From Mytilus trossulus (Eukaryota), in NCBI RefSeq assembly GCF_036588685.1, contig NC_086385.1:49127216-49191215 (forward strand): a DNA stretch of 64,000 nucleotides, written 5' to 3'. The position numbers and the translations under genes were made by a program. Positions 14,862-29,760 of this stretch are shown here, piece by piece. The stretch's first letter is position 1. Every line of letters begins with the position of its first letter. Under the pieces are notes generated by a model. It worked only from the letters and a program-made list of their open reading frames with translations. It was not told where the DNA came from and searched no databases.

Positions 14862-15225
14862 TTCTGATTTATCTTGATGCTATATTCTTATTTCTGGTAT
14901 CTTGATGCTATATTCAATATTCTTGATACTATACTATTTTGTCTGGTATATTGATACTAAATTTTTCTTTCTGATTTATCTTGATGCTTTATTCTTCTTT
15001 CTGGTATCTTGATGCTTTATTCTTCTTTCTGGTATCTTGATGTTATATTCTTTATTCTTGATACTATATTATTCTATCTGGTATATTGATACTAATTTTT
15101 CTTTCTAATGTATCTTGATGCTATATTCTTCTTTCTGGTGTATTTTGATGCTTAATTCTTCTTTCCCGTATATTGATACTATTTTCTTTTCTTTCTGATG
15201 TATCTTGGTGCTATATTATCTTTCC
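14862..15225. repeat. Degenerate ~27-bp minisatellite (TTTCTGGTATCTTGATGCTATATTC)
   Basis: About a dozen imperfect copies visible. Confidence 0.9.
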
Positions 15226-15906
15226 TACAATCTTAACTATTATGTATAAAGAACGTAGACCATACAAGGGCATTGATTATTAATGAAACTATCAGAATGG
15301 TTCCTGGTAAGAAAATTGAACGGAAAACGCAAATGTTATTATTGCGGCATATAAACTATGATATTTCATAGCTTATACCAATTAGACAAACGGAATTTCA
15401 TCACCCAGATTACAACGTCAATTTAAATAATTATAACTGTCTAGATAAAATAAAAATATTCCCTTAAAGTTTAGGCAAACGTTAACATTGATGTTTTTTA
15501 AATAACTTTTTTATTCGGTCAGTTCAGAATTAATCTGTATTTTGTCTGATATAAACTACATCTAATGTGTCTGTACATGATTATATATACTTGTTTGAAA
15601 TATGAAAGAATTCTAGAAAAGAGAATGGACATTGAGACAATCACGTCAATGAGACAACAACCTGACAAAATAATAAGTAGTTGAAAGCTGTCCAGGGCCA
15701 TGTATTGGTCTTTAAAGACTCGTTTAAATATCACAGCAGGATGCTGACCTTTGCTGACTCCAAGATAATAATGTATATTACTTCAGTAAAATGGACGCAA
15801 TACTAACTCCGAAACATATAAAATGAACCAAAATATAAAATAAAAACGAGATTAACATAGACTTGATGTTTCTGGTTTGGTATATGCGCTAACAATACAC
15901 GGTGTT

Positions 15907-16341
15907 AAATAAAGGCAACAGTAGTATACCGCTGTTCACTACTCATAAATCTATGGACAAAAAACCAAATCGGGGTAACAAACTAAAACTGAGGAAAATG
16001 CATTTAATATAAGAGGAGAAAAACGACACAACAAATGTAACACACACAGAAACGGACTAAGCATCAGACAAAATCCTAATAAAATAACAAATAAAACATC
16101 AAAACCAAATACATGAATTTGGGATAGACAAGTACCGTGACACGTCCCACAGCAATGTGAATGCACACTAAAAAATCAGAGAAAACAAACGACACAACGG
16201 AAACACAACGTTAAAATATAACACATACAGAAACGAACTATCATATAACACTGGCCATATTCCTGACTTAGTACAGGACATTTTTAAAGGAACAAATGGT
16301 GGGTTGAACCTGGTTTTGTGGCATGCCAAAACTCCCTCTTT
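15907..16341 (+). mobile_element. Interspersed repeat family A (non-autonomous, Helentron-like). Other copies: 19138-19569(-), 49632-49812(+), 54498-54835(+), 59378-59667(-), 60525-60722(-)
   Basis: Shared end AAATAAAGGCAACAGTAGTATACCGCTGTT with a subterminal imperfect palindrome; classification is inference. Confidence 0.8.
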
Positions 16342-19300
16342 AACTACCGTAGAATTTAATTACAAAGAAGTCTGATCTCCATCAAAGAATAGGTAACAGA
16401 ATAAAGTAAGCATGATAACAAGGGTCAATATAATTAACAAAGGACTATCAGCTGTTATTACAAAATGTAACATACCAGCTCCAAACCTCAATTGAAATTA
16501 TCGTGACATTTTGACGTCATCATATGAAAATCACACACAACCCCTGCCGTTATTTTTTTTTTATATAATGCCATCATCAAATAAACAAGCCCTATCATTT
16601 TGGCTTGAGTAGTCTGCTGAAAGAAGAACTCAGTGCGACCACGGGTAACAGCAAATAGACAATTTATGACAATATTAAACACTTTTTCATCTTAATAGAC
16701 AAACAACGGTTTTCAAAATGATAGCTTTATCTTTGTGTTGGCGTTTCATTTTATGACATTTATGACATTTTATTCCAAAGCTTTTTGATAACTCTATCAT
16801 TAATGACTGTCATATTTCGCCTGAGGGAAACCGACTACCTTAATGGATTCCAAGTCATTTAATACAATTACCATAGAGATATCTTACGAATTAAAGATAA
16901 TTATGCCAATCTATAAACCACCACATCCTTTCTATTGAGAATGTCGTGATCGTGGTCAGGAATATGGTATTGTTTATCAAGATTTATAATATTTCTACAG
17001 CCTGGTTGTTACATTTTGATATGGCGTATAGACAAGACGGCTGATCACTACTATAGATACTTACATGGATTTTGCCGTTATAATTGATGGCCTAAAGGGA
17101 CATTCTTCAATTCTTTTCAATTAAATTTTTGTTTAATGTTTAGCCATTTCTCTCTTCTTTAAAAAAAATGAGTGTGACATGTTTCTTTGTTATTTATCAA
17201 ATTTGCCTATTTTTCTCTCTTTGTTATATTTCAGAACCATCTTACTTTTTTAGTTCTACATAATCGTAAATTTTACGTGTTTCTGAAGATTGTTTACGTA
17301 GATGGTAAATAGCCTAATGCTGCTAAACACTGTTGTTTGCTGCTTCTGTTCAATGAAACAAAAACTTAAGTGATTAAGACTGTTATCGTCTTTACGCTGC
17401 TATATTTAGATAATTAATTGTCTTTTTGTGTTGTTTTTTTTTTGTCTCACTAATTATTCAGATAACAGATTAATTGAATACTTGCATGTTAAGAACAAAA
17501 AAAAACTAATGAGAAGGTGGTATGATTGACATAAAGGCACTTATCAATATAGACAAAAATAAAAATGCCAGGCATGTGAAAAATTAGTAGATATTGTAGG
17601 GCTTTCTGTTTTCAACAATTCGTTAAACCATCATGTAAAGTAAACTATAAAATTCGCAGTGCGAAATTATAGAATGATTCGAAAAAGAAAACCGGACTCC
17701 TGATGAATACAAAAATAATCAATAAAACATGTAAAACTGAAACCACCAAAAAAAAAGAAAAACATATGTCTGACTTTGTTGTGGTGTTAGTAACGTGTAA
17801 GAAGAAATCAATGCAGGGTACATTGAACATTAGTATCAGAATGGTGAATGTCATGTTAGTATAAAGATCAAATCGGCAAACAAATAACATGGTACACGGG
17901 TGAACATGATAATGATCATGTCGATCGGAAAAAGACAAATGTAAACACAACAACTGTCATATAATATTATGACTTAAAACACAGAAACAACGTCTTCAGC
18001 CTTTTCATTGTGAATTTCCCTTAGACTTTTGGACATCCTAAGAAATATATAATAGGTGCTACTATGTTTTTCTATACTGGTTACAGACTCAAGTTATTTC
18101 TCTATGTGATAAAACACAGAGCTCATATCTGGGAACCGGTACGTTAACAAAGTAACATATATATGACATGTATGAATAGCATACGTCGCTCCGAAAGATG
18201 CATGGTTTCTGAAGCAGCTGTATTTACAAAGTGTAACCTACAGTCTGTTATCGAATGTTTAACTAAGACAAAGGCATACTTGGTTATACACTTGTTTCCT
18301 ACTGAGTATTTTGACCTCGACCTTCATAACAATTAACAATATATTTTGACATCTGTTTAAGACACGTGTTTATTACTGAGCGTTTTGACCTCGACCTTCT
18401 TTACAATTAGCGATATAGATTTTGACACATAGTAGAGACACTGTTTAATAATTTGGTATTTTGACCTGTCGTTGTATTGAGAGACAAATCTCTGTCAAAA
18501 TCGAAAATGGCGTAGACATAAGCAACTTAAGATCACATTACGGTCTTCAACAATGAGGAAAATCCGTATAGTAAGCTTAAAGAACATTGAATGACAAAAG
18601 TAAAAAAAAAAAAAAGATATTCAAATAATAATGTTAATTTTAATTCATAAATACAATGCCGTGTTTGTCAAAACCTTTTCAACTTTTGATCTTCAGTGCT
18701 GTACAACTTTGTACCTTTTTCACGTTCGATCTTTTATATCTAGGCGTTATGTATTCAGGTTTAGTTTTCTGTAATTTTTAATACTTCAGTGTCTTTATGT
18801 ATATCACTTTCATATTCATTTGATAAAATTAACTGTTTGCAATAACATGAATTGTTCTTATCCCGGGCATAAAAACAATGCCGTATTTGGCGAAACCTTT
18901 TCAACTTTTGATCTTCAGTGCTGTACAACTTTGTACTTTTTTCACTTTCGATCTTTTATATCTGGGCGTCACTGGTGAGTCTTGTGTGGACAAGGCGCGT
19001 TTTTGGCGTATTGAATTTTAAACCTGATGCTTTTTGTTATCTATTAATCATGTTTTTCTTTGTCTAATATGTTCTCCTATTTATTTGTATTGTAGTCCTG
19101 TAATATTATGTTGTCATTTCAATATTATATTTAACTTTGACATTAAAGTGCGAGGTTTGGCATGCCATAAAACCAGTTTTAACCCACCACTTTTATTCCC
19201 CTTTAAAAGTGTCCTGTACCAAGTCAGGAAGATGGTCATTGTTATATTATTGTTCGTTTCTCTGTGTGTTTCATTTTAACGTTGAGTCGTTTGTGTTTTC

Positions 19301-19724
19301 TCTTATTTTTTAGATATTGAGATAAGACGTGGCACGGTACTTGTCTATCCCAAATTCATGTATTTGGTTTTCATGTTATATTTGTTATTCTCGTGGTGTT
19401 TTGTCTGATGATTGGTCAGTTTCTGTGTGTGTTGCGTTTCGGTGTTGTGTCTTGTTCTCTTCTTATATTTAATGCGTTTCGCTCGGTTTTGGTTTGTTAC
19501 CCCGATTTTGTTTTTTGTCCATGGATTTATGAGTTTCGAACAGCGGTATACTACTGTTGCCTTTATTTACATCTTTAATCAATGAACTGATAAAGTAAAT
19601 TTTTGGGGTACATTTTTATTAAAGTATTGAGTTCAGTGTGTAATTCAATGACTTTCGTATCATTCTTGTGTAGCTTAGTACTTCTATACTGGTATTAACA
19701 TACTGAAACAAATTTATTCGTTCA

Positions 19725-20198
19725 TGGTGTATTAATTTACGTTTTTTGATTGAGTTAATTGTCAATTGATATTTTATCGTGTGTTTTCTATGTTTTGATG
19801 TTGTGCTATTGTTTCAGAAAACGGGAGAACATTTGGATCCATTAAAACGTTTAATCCCGCTGCAAATGTTTGCAACTGTTCTAAGTCTGGAATCTGATGT
19901 ACATGTTTACAGTAGCTGTCGTTTGTTTATGTTATTTGTTCGTGTTTCTCGTATCTCGTTTTTTATGTAATTTGTACGTGTTTCTCGTTTCTCGTTTTTA
20001 TTTAGATTATACCGTTGGTATTCCCGTTTGAATAATTTAACACTGGTAATTTTGGGCCCTTTATAGCTTGTTGTTCGGTGTGAGCCTATACTCCGTGTTG
20101 AAGGCCGTTCATTGACCTATAATGGTTTACTTTATTTAAATTGGTATTTGGATGGAGAGTTGTCTCATTGGAACTCACACCACATCTTCCTATATCTA
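19725..20198 (+). mobile_element. Interspersed repeat family C. Related copies: 33570-33770, 38115-38190(-), 40100-40238, 58250-58355(-), 62222-62485(-)
   Basis: Shared end resembling GAAGGCCGT..TGACCTATA...GTTGTCTCATTGGCAATCATACCACATCTTC. Confidence 0.85.
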
Positions 20199-20942
20199 TG
20201 ATATTGTTTTATTGCTGTAGAAAATATTAAAAATAATATTTAAATCAAGGAATATATCTATCCCATGCATAGCTTTGATTCTATATCCTAGTTAGACTAT
20301 TCATCAAGTCCTTTCCGATCATATCAGCCCTTTAACGTTGCTTGACTCTAAATATTTTGCCTCGAGCTTCACTGAAGTGACATTAATTATCGAAAAATCT
20401 CATATGGTGTTATAACCCTATAAATATGGTACCGTTTAATGTGATTAGTATCTAGGTCGGCCAACATTAATGGATAGTCACGATATTAAATAGGTTTACA
20501 TGGACATCATACACATTATAGATTCTTATTTTGAAGTAGAAAACTTGTAGGCTTTATTATCAAAACAATATAAATGTGACTAGAATGTAATTTTAGTATG
20601 ATTTAGCAAGAGCTTGTTTTTTTTATATCTGATAATCAATTAAAGTCAATATAAACCTCGTTGAACCACCTATCCTACATACTATTATCTCCCCTAAAGA
20701 TAGTTTTCTCTCCCCTGAAGATTTATGCTTGTCGACTGATTTTCCTTTATATATTGGTCATTGGGTACAATATGGATTAACTTTATGCATCAACATACTG
20801 TAAGAAGTGACTTCTTGTATTGCTGTTTTGTTGTGTTTTTGTTGTTTTTGTTTTTTTTAACTTTAATGAAGATGCTGAAACAAACATTTGTTAATAATGA
20901 CAAATAAATAGTATTTTTCACAATATAACTATTATACATTTG

Positions 20943-21058
20943 TATATATATATATACAACTCGTCTAAACATCAACCTAACAATGTTAGATCTGTAAATT
21001 TGCTTTTGCAAATTTTTGGTTCTTCCCTCGCCGGGATTCGAACCCATGCTACTGTGAT
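20943..21058 (-). mobile_element. tRNA-derived SINE-like fragment
   Basis: Pol III B-box GGTTCGAATCC on the minus strand (21033-21045) and a (TA)n tail; no A-box or cloverleaf seen. Confidence 0.55.
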
Positions 21059-21297
21059 ATATAAATATATCAATGTTAACAAGTGCATGTAAAACAGAAT
21101 AAAGGGTCACTATTTGTAATACAATGAAAACAATTTATCAGTTTTAAAGTGTTTTTTCTAAATTACAAATTAACGTAACAACAAAAGAGATGATTTAAAA
21201 AAAACATTATGATCTTTTGGAGCAAGAGTATTACATTGAAAAATCTCTTTTAAAAAAAATTACGGACACTGGAATTGTGTTTACCGTTATTATATAT

Positions 21298-21480
21298 AAT
21301 TCGCCGTTTCAGAATCTAATGCATTCTGGGTCATATTTTCAAAAATGTACACCGAAACGTCGTGATTGGTTGAAAACGTCCAAAACAATGAATATTCAAC
21401 AAATTTCGTGACGTTATTTTAATTTTGGACTACGAACAAAGAAATTACCCTTGATGCTTTAGATTCTGAAACGGCCAATT
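21298..21480. mobile_element. ~180-bp MITE, uninterrupted copy
   Basis: AATTCGCCGTTTCAGAATCTAA ... TTAGATTCTGAAACGGCCAATT terminal inverted repeats. Confidence 0.85.
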
Positions 21481-22611
21481 GAATACATTTGTCAGAGTTG
21501 GTATGTGTCTATTTTTGTAGCTACATTTCTATCTTTTTTTCTCGTTGATGAGGTAATGAATTAGAAAGGTTCACAATCAGAAAAATCGAAATTATTTCTT
21601 TCTGTCTATCCATTGACATGCTTAATTCATTTGATAATCAGGACAACTGTACATAAACTGCATACCATTCAAGAGCACTTGATTTCAGTCTGTTTTGTAA
21701 GGATCATGTTTCCATATATGTATGCATATTTTTTATTGGACTTGTTTTTTCTGTCTTAAACTGATTGATTATACTTCAAGTATACAACCATCCCCTTTTC
21801 TTTCTCTTTTTCGTTATCTTTACTTTGATTAATTTTATTTACTTTCAAATCCATTCAACGAACATGACATTCTTCTTTATATAGAAAATAAAAGTGCTAA
21901 AAATGGCAAAGGTACACATTTTTATTTCGAATTCAATATGTGTGTATTTCTATATGTTATTGTAAAATTATTTAGAAAGAAAAAAAAGAAACAACACGGT
22001 TAATAATTTCTTGCGTCCGAAGCGCTTTTCTGGGTTTACCTTCATCAGGAACGCTAAAAGCCAAACATTTGTAATCCGAAGATGTAACCGTAACCGTTGA
22101 AGAGCTATATGTCAAAAATACCAAAAATAAATAGAGCTGATGATACCCTCGTGGACTAATAGTCCACCAGTAGAAAGGTTATTCGTATTAAACATATATA
22201 TGTTATAAGCGGGAGTAAGAGTAAAGATTTATAAATGCCAACGATACTTAATGTATTGAATCAAAAGGTCTTTAATATAACAACATATATTAAAAAAACA
22301 AACCCTTCTAATATAACATTTAATATTGACTTTATCATAATGATTAAGTTAATGACTGTATAGTTAAATTCCACGTTATAAAATAGACACAAAGCTATAT
22401 TTGCAGGTGAACTTTTGAAGTGCTATAACTTCAAAGTACTGAACATGAAGTGATGTTAATCTTCTTGTAAACAATTGTTTTTTAGCCTTATAAATGCAAT
22501 GTATACTATATTTCAATCATTACATTGAAGAATGTAAATTACATAAGGTAAAGTACAAAATACTGTAAAATTGTTTTAGTATGCCTTAGAGTTAAGTGAA
22601 ACGTCCATTTT

Positions 22612-23112
22612 CACAACTTTTTGAATTTTGGATACTCAATGCTCTTCAACTTGGTTCTTGTTTGGCTTTATAAATATTTTGATGGAAGCGTCACTGATGA
22701 GTCTTGTGTAGACGAAATGCACGTCTGGCGTACTACATTATAGTCCTGGTACTTTTAATAACTATTTACGCCACTGGGTCGATGCTACTGCTGGTGGACG
22801 TTTTGTCTCCGAGAGTATCACCAGCCAAGTAGTCAACACTTTGGTGTTGACATGAATGTCAATTATGTGGTCATTTTATAAACTTCCTGTTTACCAAACA
22901 TTGAATTTTTCGAAAAGGTAATGATTTTCTTATCCCAGGCATATATTACCTTACCCGTATATGGCACAACTTTTGGGAATTTTTGGATCCTACATGCTCT
23001 TCATATTTGTACTTATTTGGCTTTATGAATATGTTGATATGAGCGTCACTGATGAGTCTTATGTCGACGACACGCGAGTCTGGCGTACTTAATCATAATA
23101 AACCTTTGATAT
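22612..23112 (+). mobile_element. Interspersed repeat family B (internally tandem, ~340-bp unit). Other copies: 5510-5852, 18651-19030, 35193-35503(-), 60828-61032, 62904-63026(-), 63110-63259
   Basis: Shared core resembling GCGTCACTGATGAGTCTTNTGTAGACGAAACGCGCGTCTGGCGTA. Confidence 0.85.
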
Positions 23113-26100
23113 TATTCGATGAAGTAGACTTAGTGCATATTTTTTACTCTGGCACGGGATATATATTTATATCCTAATCATAATGATAACTATCATTTTA
23201 GAAGTGTATTCTTATATACTTGATCTTTTTTATTTTGCTTTCAGCATACAAGACTAAGTTTGTATAGTACATTGTATGCATCCAAGCTTTTATTTCACTG
23301 GGAAATATCCAAATACAATCATTTGAAACAGTATATATGTGACAAAACGTAATTGGTAACACTTCATTACTGAAACTTGATATTTAAACATGTCTAGACG
23401 TCTCGTCTGAGATATGAAATTGCTGCAATTCAAATACTACTGTTACATGGACAATATAATCATAGTTTTATTCCCAGGAAAAAGACATAATAAATTGTTA
23501 GTGTGAAATATTGAATAAATATAACGGATAAACTAATTTTCGTTATGAGTCCTTAAACCGAATTGTTTTCAATCTCAAACACATTATTAACAAACAGAAA
23601 ACTGATGATTTTGTATCAGGAACCCCGCCAAAAATTTAAAGTGAGCTCGGGTGCTTTAGAAAGGTATTTACTATAAGCTATTCCAGCTTAATGGGTAGTA
23701 CACGTGAGGGTGGTCATACAAGCAGATATCCGGCGATAAGTCTTATTCCGTAATAACACAATCAAAGACAATTGCAAACTCTATCAGTACTTAAAAGAAA
23801 GTGCGCGCACATGTAAAGCGCTCTCTTGATTTACCATTGCTGTGTAATTGTACAGTAGCACCATCTTGCATTCGGAAACAGTTGTTTAGACGTAATTATA
23901 TACAAAAAGCAACATTATTCATTACCAAATCATATAATGTACATGTATACAAAAAATTAGGAAAGTGGAATGAGTGCAAGTGAAAAAGCTTTGTACCATA
24001 GAATATAAACCGAGAATAAACAAAACTTTTAATCACCGAAATTCAATGTCTGTAATAAGGTATAATCTAAAAATAACATCTGCATTTTGTCATGATAACA
24101 CGATTACTGCATTGCAAAGAATAAAGATGTGAATTATATTTTATAATGGAACGATATAAGTGTTCAATAATGCGAATCATATGATTAAAATCATAGGTCA
24201 ATAACAACAGCAAAAAGTGTTTGAAAAACGATTTGCAAAATAATTGTTTTACTTCTTTTGATGACCTATAGTCTGTTTTAATCTGACCACTGATATGTAA
24301 CTTTATGCGATGTCGCTTTAGAAGAATGGTGAAAATCCTGCACTTTCGCAACATTTTATAGTCATCAACTAAAATGAATACATAAACCGACTCTACAATT
24401 TTGATTGCTCCCATATCCCGTTTTTGTTTAATGAATGATCCCTAGTCTTTACTTCCCCCTCCCCCTTCCTCTCCCCTTCTCCGTTGTCTTTTGTGCATGG
24501 AAAAACTTTTACGATCAGAAGTTATAAAAATTGATGAAACTATAAATTAACGTGCGTACTACATCGAATAAACCGTTTCAACGAATATCAACCAAATCAC
24601 CTTCTACATCAAGTTAAATTATTAGAACATGCTTTTTGCAAATCAATGTAATAATTAAGTCATGTTTTAGATATTATAAAGTGCATTTGACATTTCAAAT
24701 ATACGTTTTTTTATCAATCATGTTGTCTAGAGATTGTTGTTATTTATTAGTTTTGTAGTAACACGGAAGTACCAAACAGAAGACGTCTGTATTTCAAATC
24801 TGTTTCCACATGAATTTTGAAGAAAAAAAATCAATTAAATATTTTGTTCATTCGTTCAATAAAAATGAAGTGTAACAATCTGAATGAATTTAATTATAGG
24901 TAGGTTTTAATAAAAGAAAGGTTTCTCATATTTTGATGTTTTTTTGGGTCAAATTTACCATGCTGTACATTTTGTACATGTTAAGTATGTAAATTTGTGA
25001 TTTTCCTCTATTTCAAGTTAGAACTTGTAGAACAAAATGCATATTATTTTAACATATTTGTCATAAATAATTGAAAAAATACAGATCTAATAAATTATAA
25101 AAGTGATATGGGATGTAAACGTTGCTTGTAAAATCATATATTGTACCCCTCACCCATGTTCTCAAAATTTTGGATAAAAATACTGAATGTATTGGTAATA
25201 AAAATATTACTTGAAAACTACAAAAAAATTTCAGAGTTGAGTTCGATTAAAACATTTTTTAAATTCATTTATATTTTCCACTTGTATCACGTGTTTTGGA
25301 AATAGTTCCAGGACGAGATTTTAAAGAGACTGAAACGTCTAAAGAATACATCCTTAACAAAATGAATTAGACAAGAAGTATTATACTTTAATTGTTTTAT
25401 CTTGTAGTGTTTCATTTGTCTGTAGTACTGATTGGATGAATAAATTGATTTCATGATACGTCCCTCGTGCTGTCAACGATTGATGTTTCTCTACGCATAC
25501 TTACATTTCTCGAGCACATTCGCTTATCCACATATTTCGGAACTTCGTAAATAAACAAACTTTAATCAAGATGTCAAATTCTGAAAACAGTTGAGAAATG
25601 AGTTATTTTCTATGAATGACCCGAACTACTCTAACATTCTATCTTAGGGTTTTTGGTCGGGTTCTTTGTCATCAGTTTCTTTGTAATGTAATGATTTGTT
25701 TTTATCTATTGGGGAAGTTGCATGTTTATTCAAATGTTTACGAATGCTTTAACGGCTTATCATCGTTGAGCAACTACACTTATCTCGCTTACATTCAATT
25801 ATAATTACAGTAGACCACACACAGGTACAATGCATATTATGATTAATTTCCTTATACTGAATCAAGCATACCTAATTCGTATGTATTTTAAAAGTATTAT
25901 TCTATGAAATGTTTTGGTTAATAGTTGTTTTATGAGATTGAAAATTAGTTGTATTTGTGCTTTTTTGTTGATTTGAATTATACAACTTCGATATCTTTAT
26001 TCATTATTCTTTCCATCATGAATATTCATGTTTTAAGTCTCATTATACTTAATTGTAAAATATGTTAAAGGAATATAAAGTAGGCTTAAGACCTAGTTTC

Positions 26101-28664
26101 AACGCTAGGTTCATTTGATAAATTGTCTTCGGTTATACATTGATTAATTTACAAAGGAGATAGGGTTTTTATGATTTCTATAAAGATAATGAGAATTTGT
26201 AAAGTGTAATCAAGATCATTTGAACAATTATAAAAATGAGAAAATGAGAAAAAACACAAATAGATACGAGTATACGTCAATGCCATATCAACATTCATTT
26301 ATAACATCACAAACATCTAAAATAGATATCAGAAGATGTGGTATGAATGACAATGAGAACTCTCTATACAAGTCAACATGCAGGTCAAAGTACGTTTTTT
26401 TAAATATGGAGCCTTCGAGTTGGTTCACAACGAAGAACATGCTGGAAAGGGCTCAAAACATAACATGTTTCAAATTTTTCAAACTGGAAAAACCAATAAT
26501 CTAACAATCGTAAAGTATATTTAGAATCTAAATATCGCACAGCGTGTTTAAAAGCAGACAAATATCTAAAAAGTCTGTATAGATAAATCAAGCAGCGATT
26601 ACCAAAGGACTGTAATATTCCTTTTATGAACAATGAACATTATCGGCAACAGACGTCATACCAACGAATTAGAATACTATGGTCAAAGGTTGGCATTGCA
26701 TGAATGTGTTTGATAGGACTTAACGCTTCCCTTGTATTCTTTTATTGGATTAATCATACAATCAACAAAGAAAAACGCATTTAACACTGTTATTTAGCAT
26801 ATCGGTACAAGAAACACAACAACAAAAAACTTCGATGCATGGAACACTATATGCTAACTAATATAGATTCATTATTATTCGTTGTATACTAATTTTAATG
26901 GATTCCGTGGGTACATGTATAGGCGAACCACGAAATTAAATGTTCAAAGAATGAGAAATTTTTTAAAGGCTTGTATGAAGACATCGGCAAACCACAGAAT
27001 TAAATGTTCATGAAGATACAAGTTTTTCTTCATCCACAAAATTTGGTACCCAAGAAAATAAGTGAATTCACAGTAACTAAATAATTCCATGTTTTGTCAT
27101 GTATATGCCTTTTCTAGCTCGCTATACGGTAAGGGTTTTTCGCTGAATACTGCTGTACTGTGACCTATGATTTAATTATTATATAAGCGTTATTTTGGTC
27201 ATTGGCGGCTTTTTGTCTCAATTGCAATCCTACTATATCTTCCCATTTAAGTATTACAGATATCGTATCCAAACTTCTCAAATATTAACAGTATGGTACT
27301 TATCAAATGCTAATAATGAAATCTTTCAAATAGTTTGCCATGATTGTAGTCTCATTTGCAATCATATCCTATCTTTTTATTTTAATATTACAGATACCTT
27401 ATCCAAAATTTTCAAATATGAACAGAATGGTACTTATCGAATGCTTATAATGAAATCTCTTAAATACTTAGCACGATTTCAGTCATGGTAGCAATCATGA
27501 GCAGTGCTTGAAGACAACATTGAATCAAGTCCATCACAAATACGATTACTATTATAAAACAAGGCCCGTATGCATAACAACCACTTAAGTTTAGATATCC
27601 AATCTTCATATTAATGTATCGTAGGACATTTAGAAACATTTGTGAGCTAGGAACAAATCTCAACTTAAGTAGCTCTATGCATAAGTCCCCTGTACTTTAT
27701 CGCATTATTCAATCTATTTTTCATTTTTTTCTCTATCTTTAGCGGAAATGTGTTGCACTTAAAAATATCGTTAGCTTGTTGTACAATTTTGAAATATGAA
27801 TTTTTATTTTTATATCATTTTGATCACAAAAATGTCACCATGTTTGGAACCACTTTAATTATTCATTCTATAACAGCTTTATGATTGATGAGCGTTTTAT
27901 CTACATATGAATAAAATGGAGTGATGTTACTAGTTTTTCAAGTGCGTGTCTATTTATCAACTGATTTTAATTTAGATTCTCTCATTGTACGAAGTATTGA
28001 CAAGGTTCATACCTTCCAGGATAGTTACTCGTAACGTAACGACACATCGAAGTCCTTCAAATTTAATTGCAGTTTCTGAAATCGCACTACAAAATCGGTC
28101 TACTTATTTGTCCAAATATGCAAATTTGGAGACAGATTTGCAAATAGTTAAACTGTTTATTTATATAAAGAAACTTGTAAGCTTATTGTATTATTTAAAA
28201 AAAAAAAAAAAAATATCAAATTGTTTTGTTTTTAAAATCTTTTTTTTTCAAATGAGCCATCTAACTCTTTTAGTACAAAATTAATACTGGGCTTATAGTG
28301 AAATATTGTATTTTGACTTGTAGCAAGAAAACAAGTTCGGTGACACCATGTTTTCCTTTTATTTTCTTTAAACATATTATGAAACCTATTTTTTTTTATA
28401 ATTTATTTCAAAATTCTTTCAAAATTCCATCTCATAGAAAAACAATTATGCACACTAATATGTTTTTTTTCATGAACAAACTTAATAAATTTATGCAATT
28501 TTCAACGACTTGAAAAATAGCAACGGGACCCATACTTTTTATTATATTTTTGAAAAAAGCATAGTAAAATCTTCATTTTGGCAAATTATATGAAAATTCT
28601 GTCTCAAAAGATCTATCATAAGACAAATGATTCACGAAAAACGAATAATCAACATACAAACACT

Positions 28665-28971
28665 AACAAGAATGTGTCCTCAGTACACGAATGGCCCACT
28701 CGCACTATCATTGTCTATGTTCAATGGACCGTGACATTGGGTTAAAACTCTAATTTGGCATTAAAATTAGAAAGATCATATCATAGGGAACATGTGTACT
28801 AAGTTTGAAGTTGATTGGACTTCAACTTCATCAAGAACTACCTTGACCAAAAACTTTAACCTGAAGCGGGACAGACGGACGAACGAACAGACGGACGAAC
28901 GAACAGACGGACGAACGGACGCACAGACCAGAAAACATAATGCCCCTCTACTATCGTAGGTGGGGCATAAA
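28665..28971 (-). mobile_element. DINE-1/HINE-like non-autonomous element with (GTCC/GTTC)n microsatellite
   Basis: Terminal ATGCCCC..GGGGCATAA inverted repeat next to a GACG/GAAC tetranucleotide run; homologous to 41894-42232. Confidence 0.8.
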
Positions 28972-29479
28972 CAACTTGATGATTATTCCTTCAAAATGTT
29001 GGATGGGGTCTACTGGAGGTCTTTATATATGTACTATCTTGACTCACTTCGGGTTTTATTTCATGACATTAGATTGTTTGTAATTGACTGGCATTATACC
29101 GTTCACTGTGTTCGCTTTTAAATATTATTGCCGATCGACAGACAGTGTTGTGTTTTATTTTATATAGGTCAATTTTCGCCTGCATTAACTCATTTAAATA
29201 TAATGCTTACAAATTTGGTGTTCTGTCGAACGTTTTATGCCTTCACAGACGTTTTAGTTCGAGCATACTTTACTAGTACTAGGTTAATCCAGACATTGTT
29301 GTTTTCGCATTAAAATTGTTCATATACGGTTATCGTATTATTCTATTAACCATTAAAATGAACTTTTATTTGTCTGTTTGAGTCACGTACTTAATTTCTA
29401 CATTAACTGACATTTTCAGTGTAATTATGTTGTCGTGTAAATGACAGATTGTTTGTCTATTACATGTTCTTCAGTTAAT

Positions 29480-29760
29480 TAAAAAGTAAAATAACAATAA
29501 TACTGAACTCCGAGGAAAATTCAAAAAAGAAAGTCCCTATTCAAATAGCAAAATCAAAGGCTCAAAGATATCAAACGAATGGATAACAACCGTCATATTC
29601 CTGTTTTTGTATATGCATTTTCTTATGTAGAAAATGGTGGATTGAAGCTGGGTTTATAGACAGCTAAATCTCTCACTTCTATGACAGTCGCATCAAATTC
29701 CATTATATTGACAACGATGCGTGAACAAAGAAAGACACTATTTGTAAAAATGTCAAAAAT
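29480..29760 (+). mobile_element. Interspersed repeat family D. Related copies: 1375-1560, 10000-10403(-), 14590-14670, 32630-32775, 48930-48986, 57138-57200(-), 58590-58700(-), 59085-59223(-)
   Basis: Shared consensus resembling AAAAATACTGAACTCCGAGGAAAATTCAAAACGGAAAGTCCCTAATCAAATGGCAAAATCAAAAGCTC. Confidence 0.85.

Noticed and set aside
20943-21058. tRNA gene
   Set aside because: Only a B-box/T-arm-like motif; no cloverleaf can be built.
4057-29313. Numerous 60-120 aa ORFs
   Set aside because: Composition reflects AT-rich DNA, many overlap interspersed repeats, and none shows recognisable motifs.
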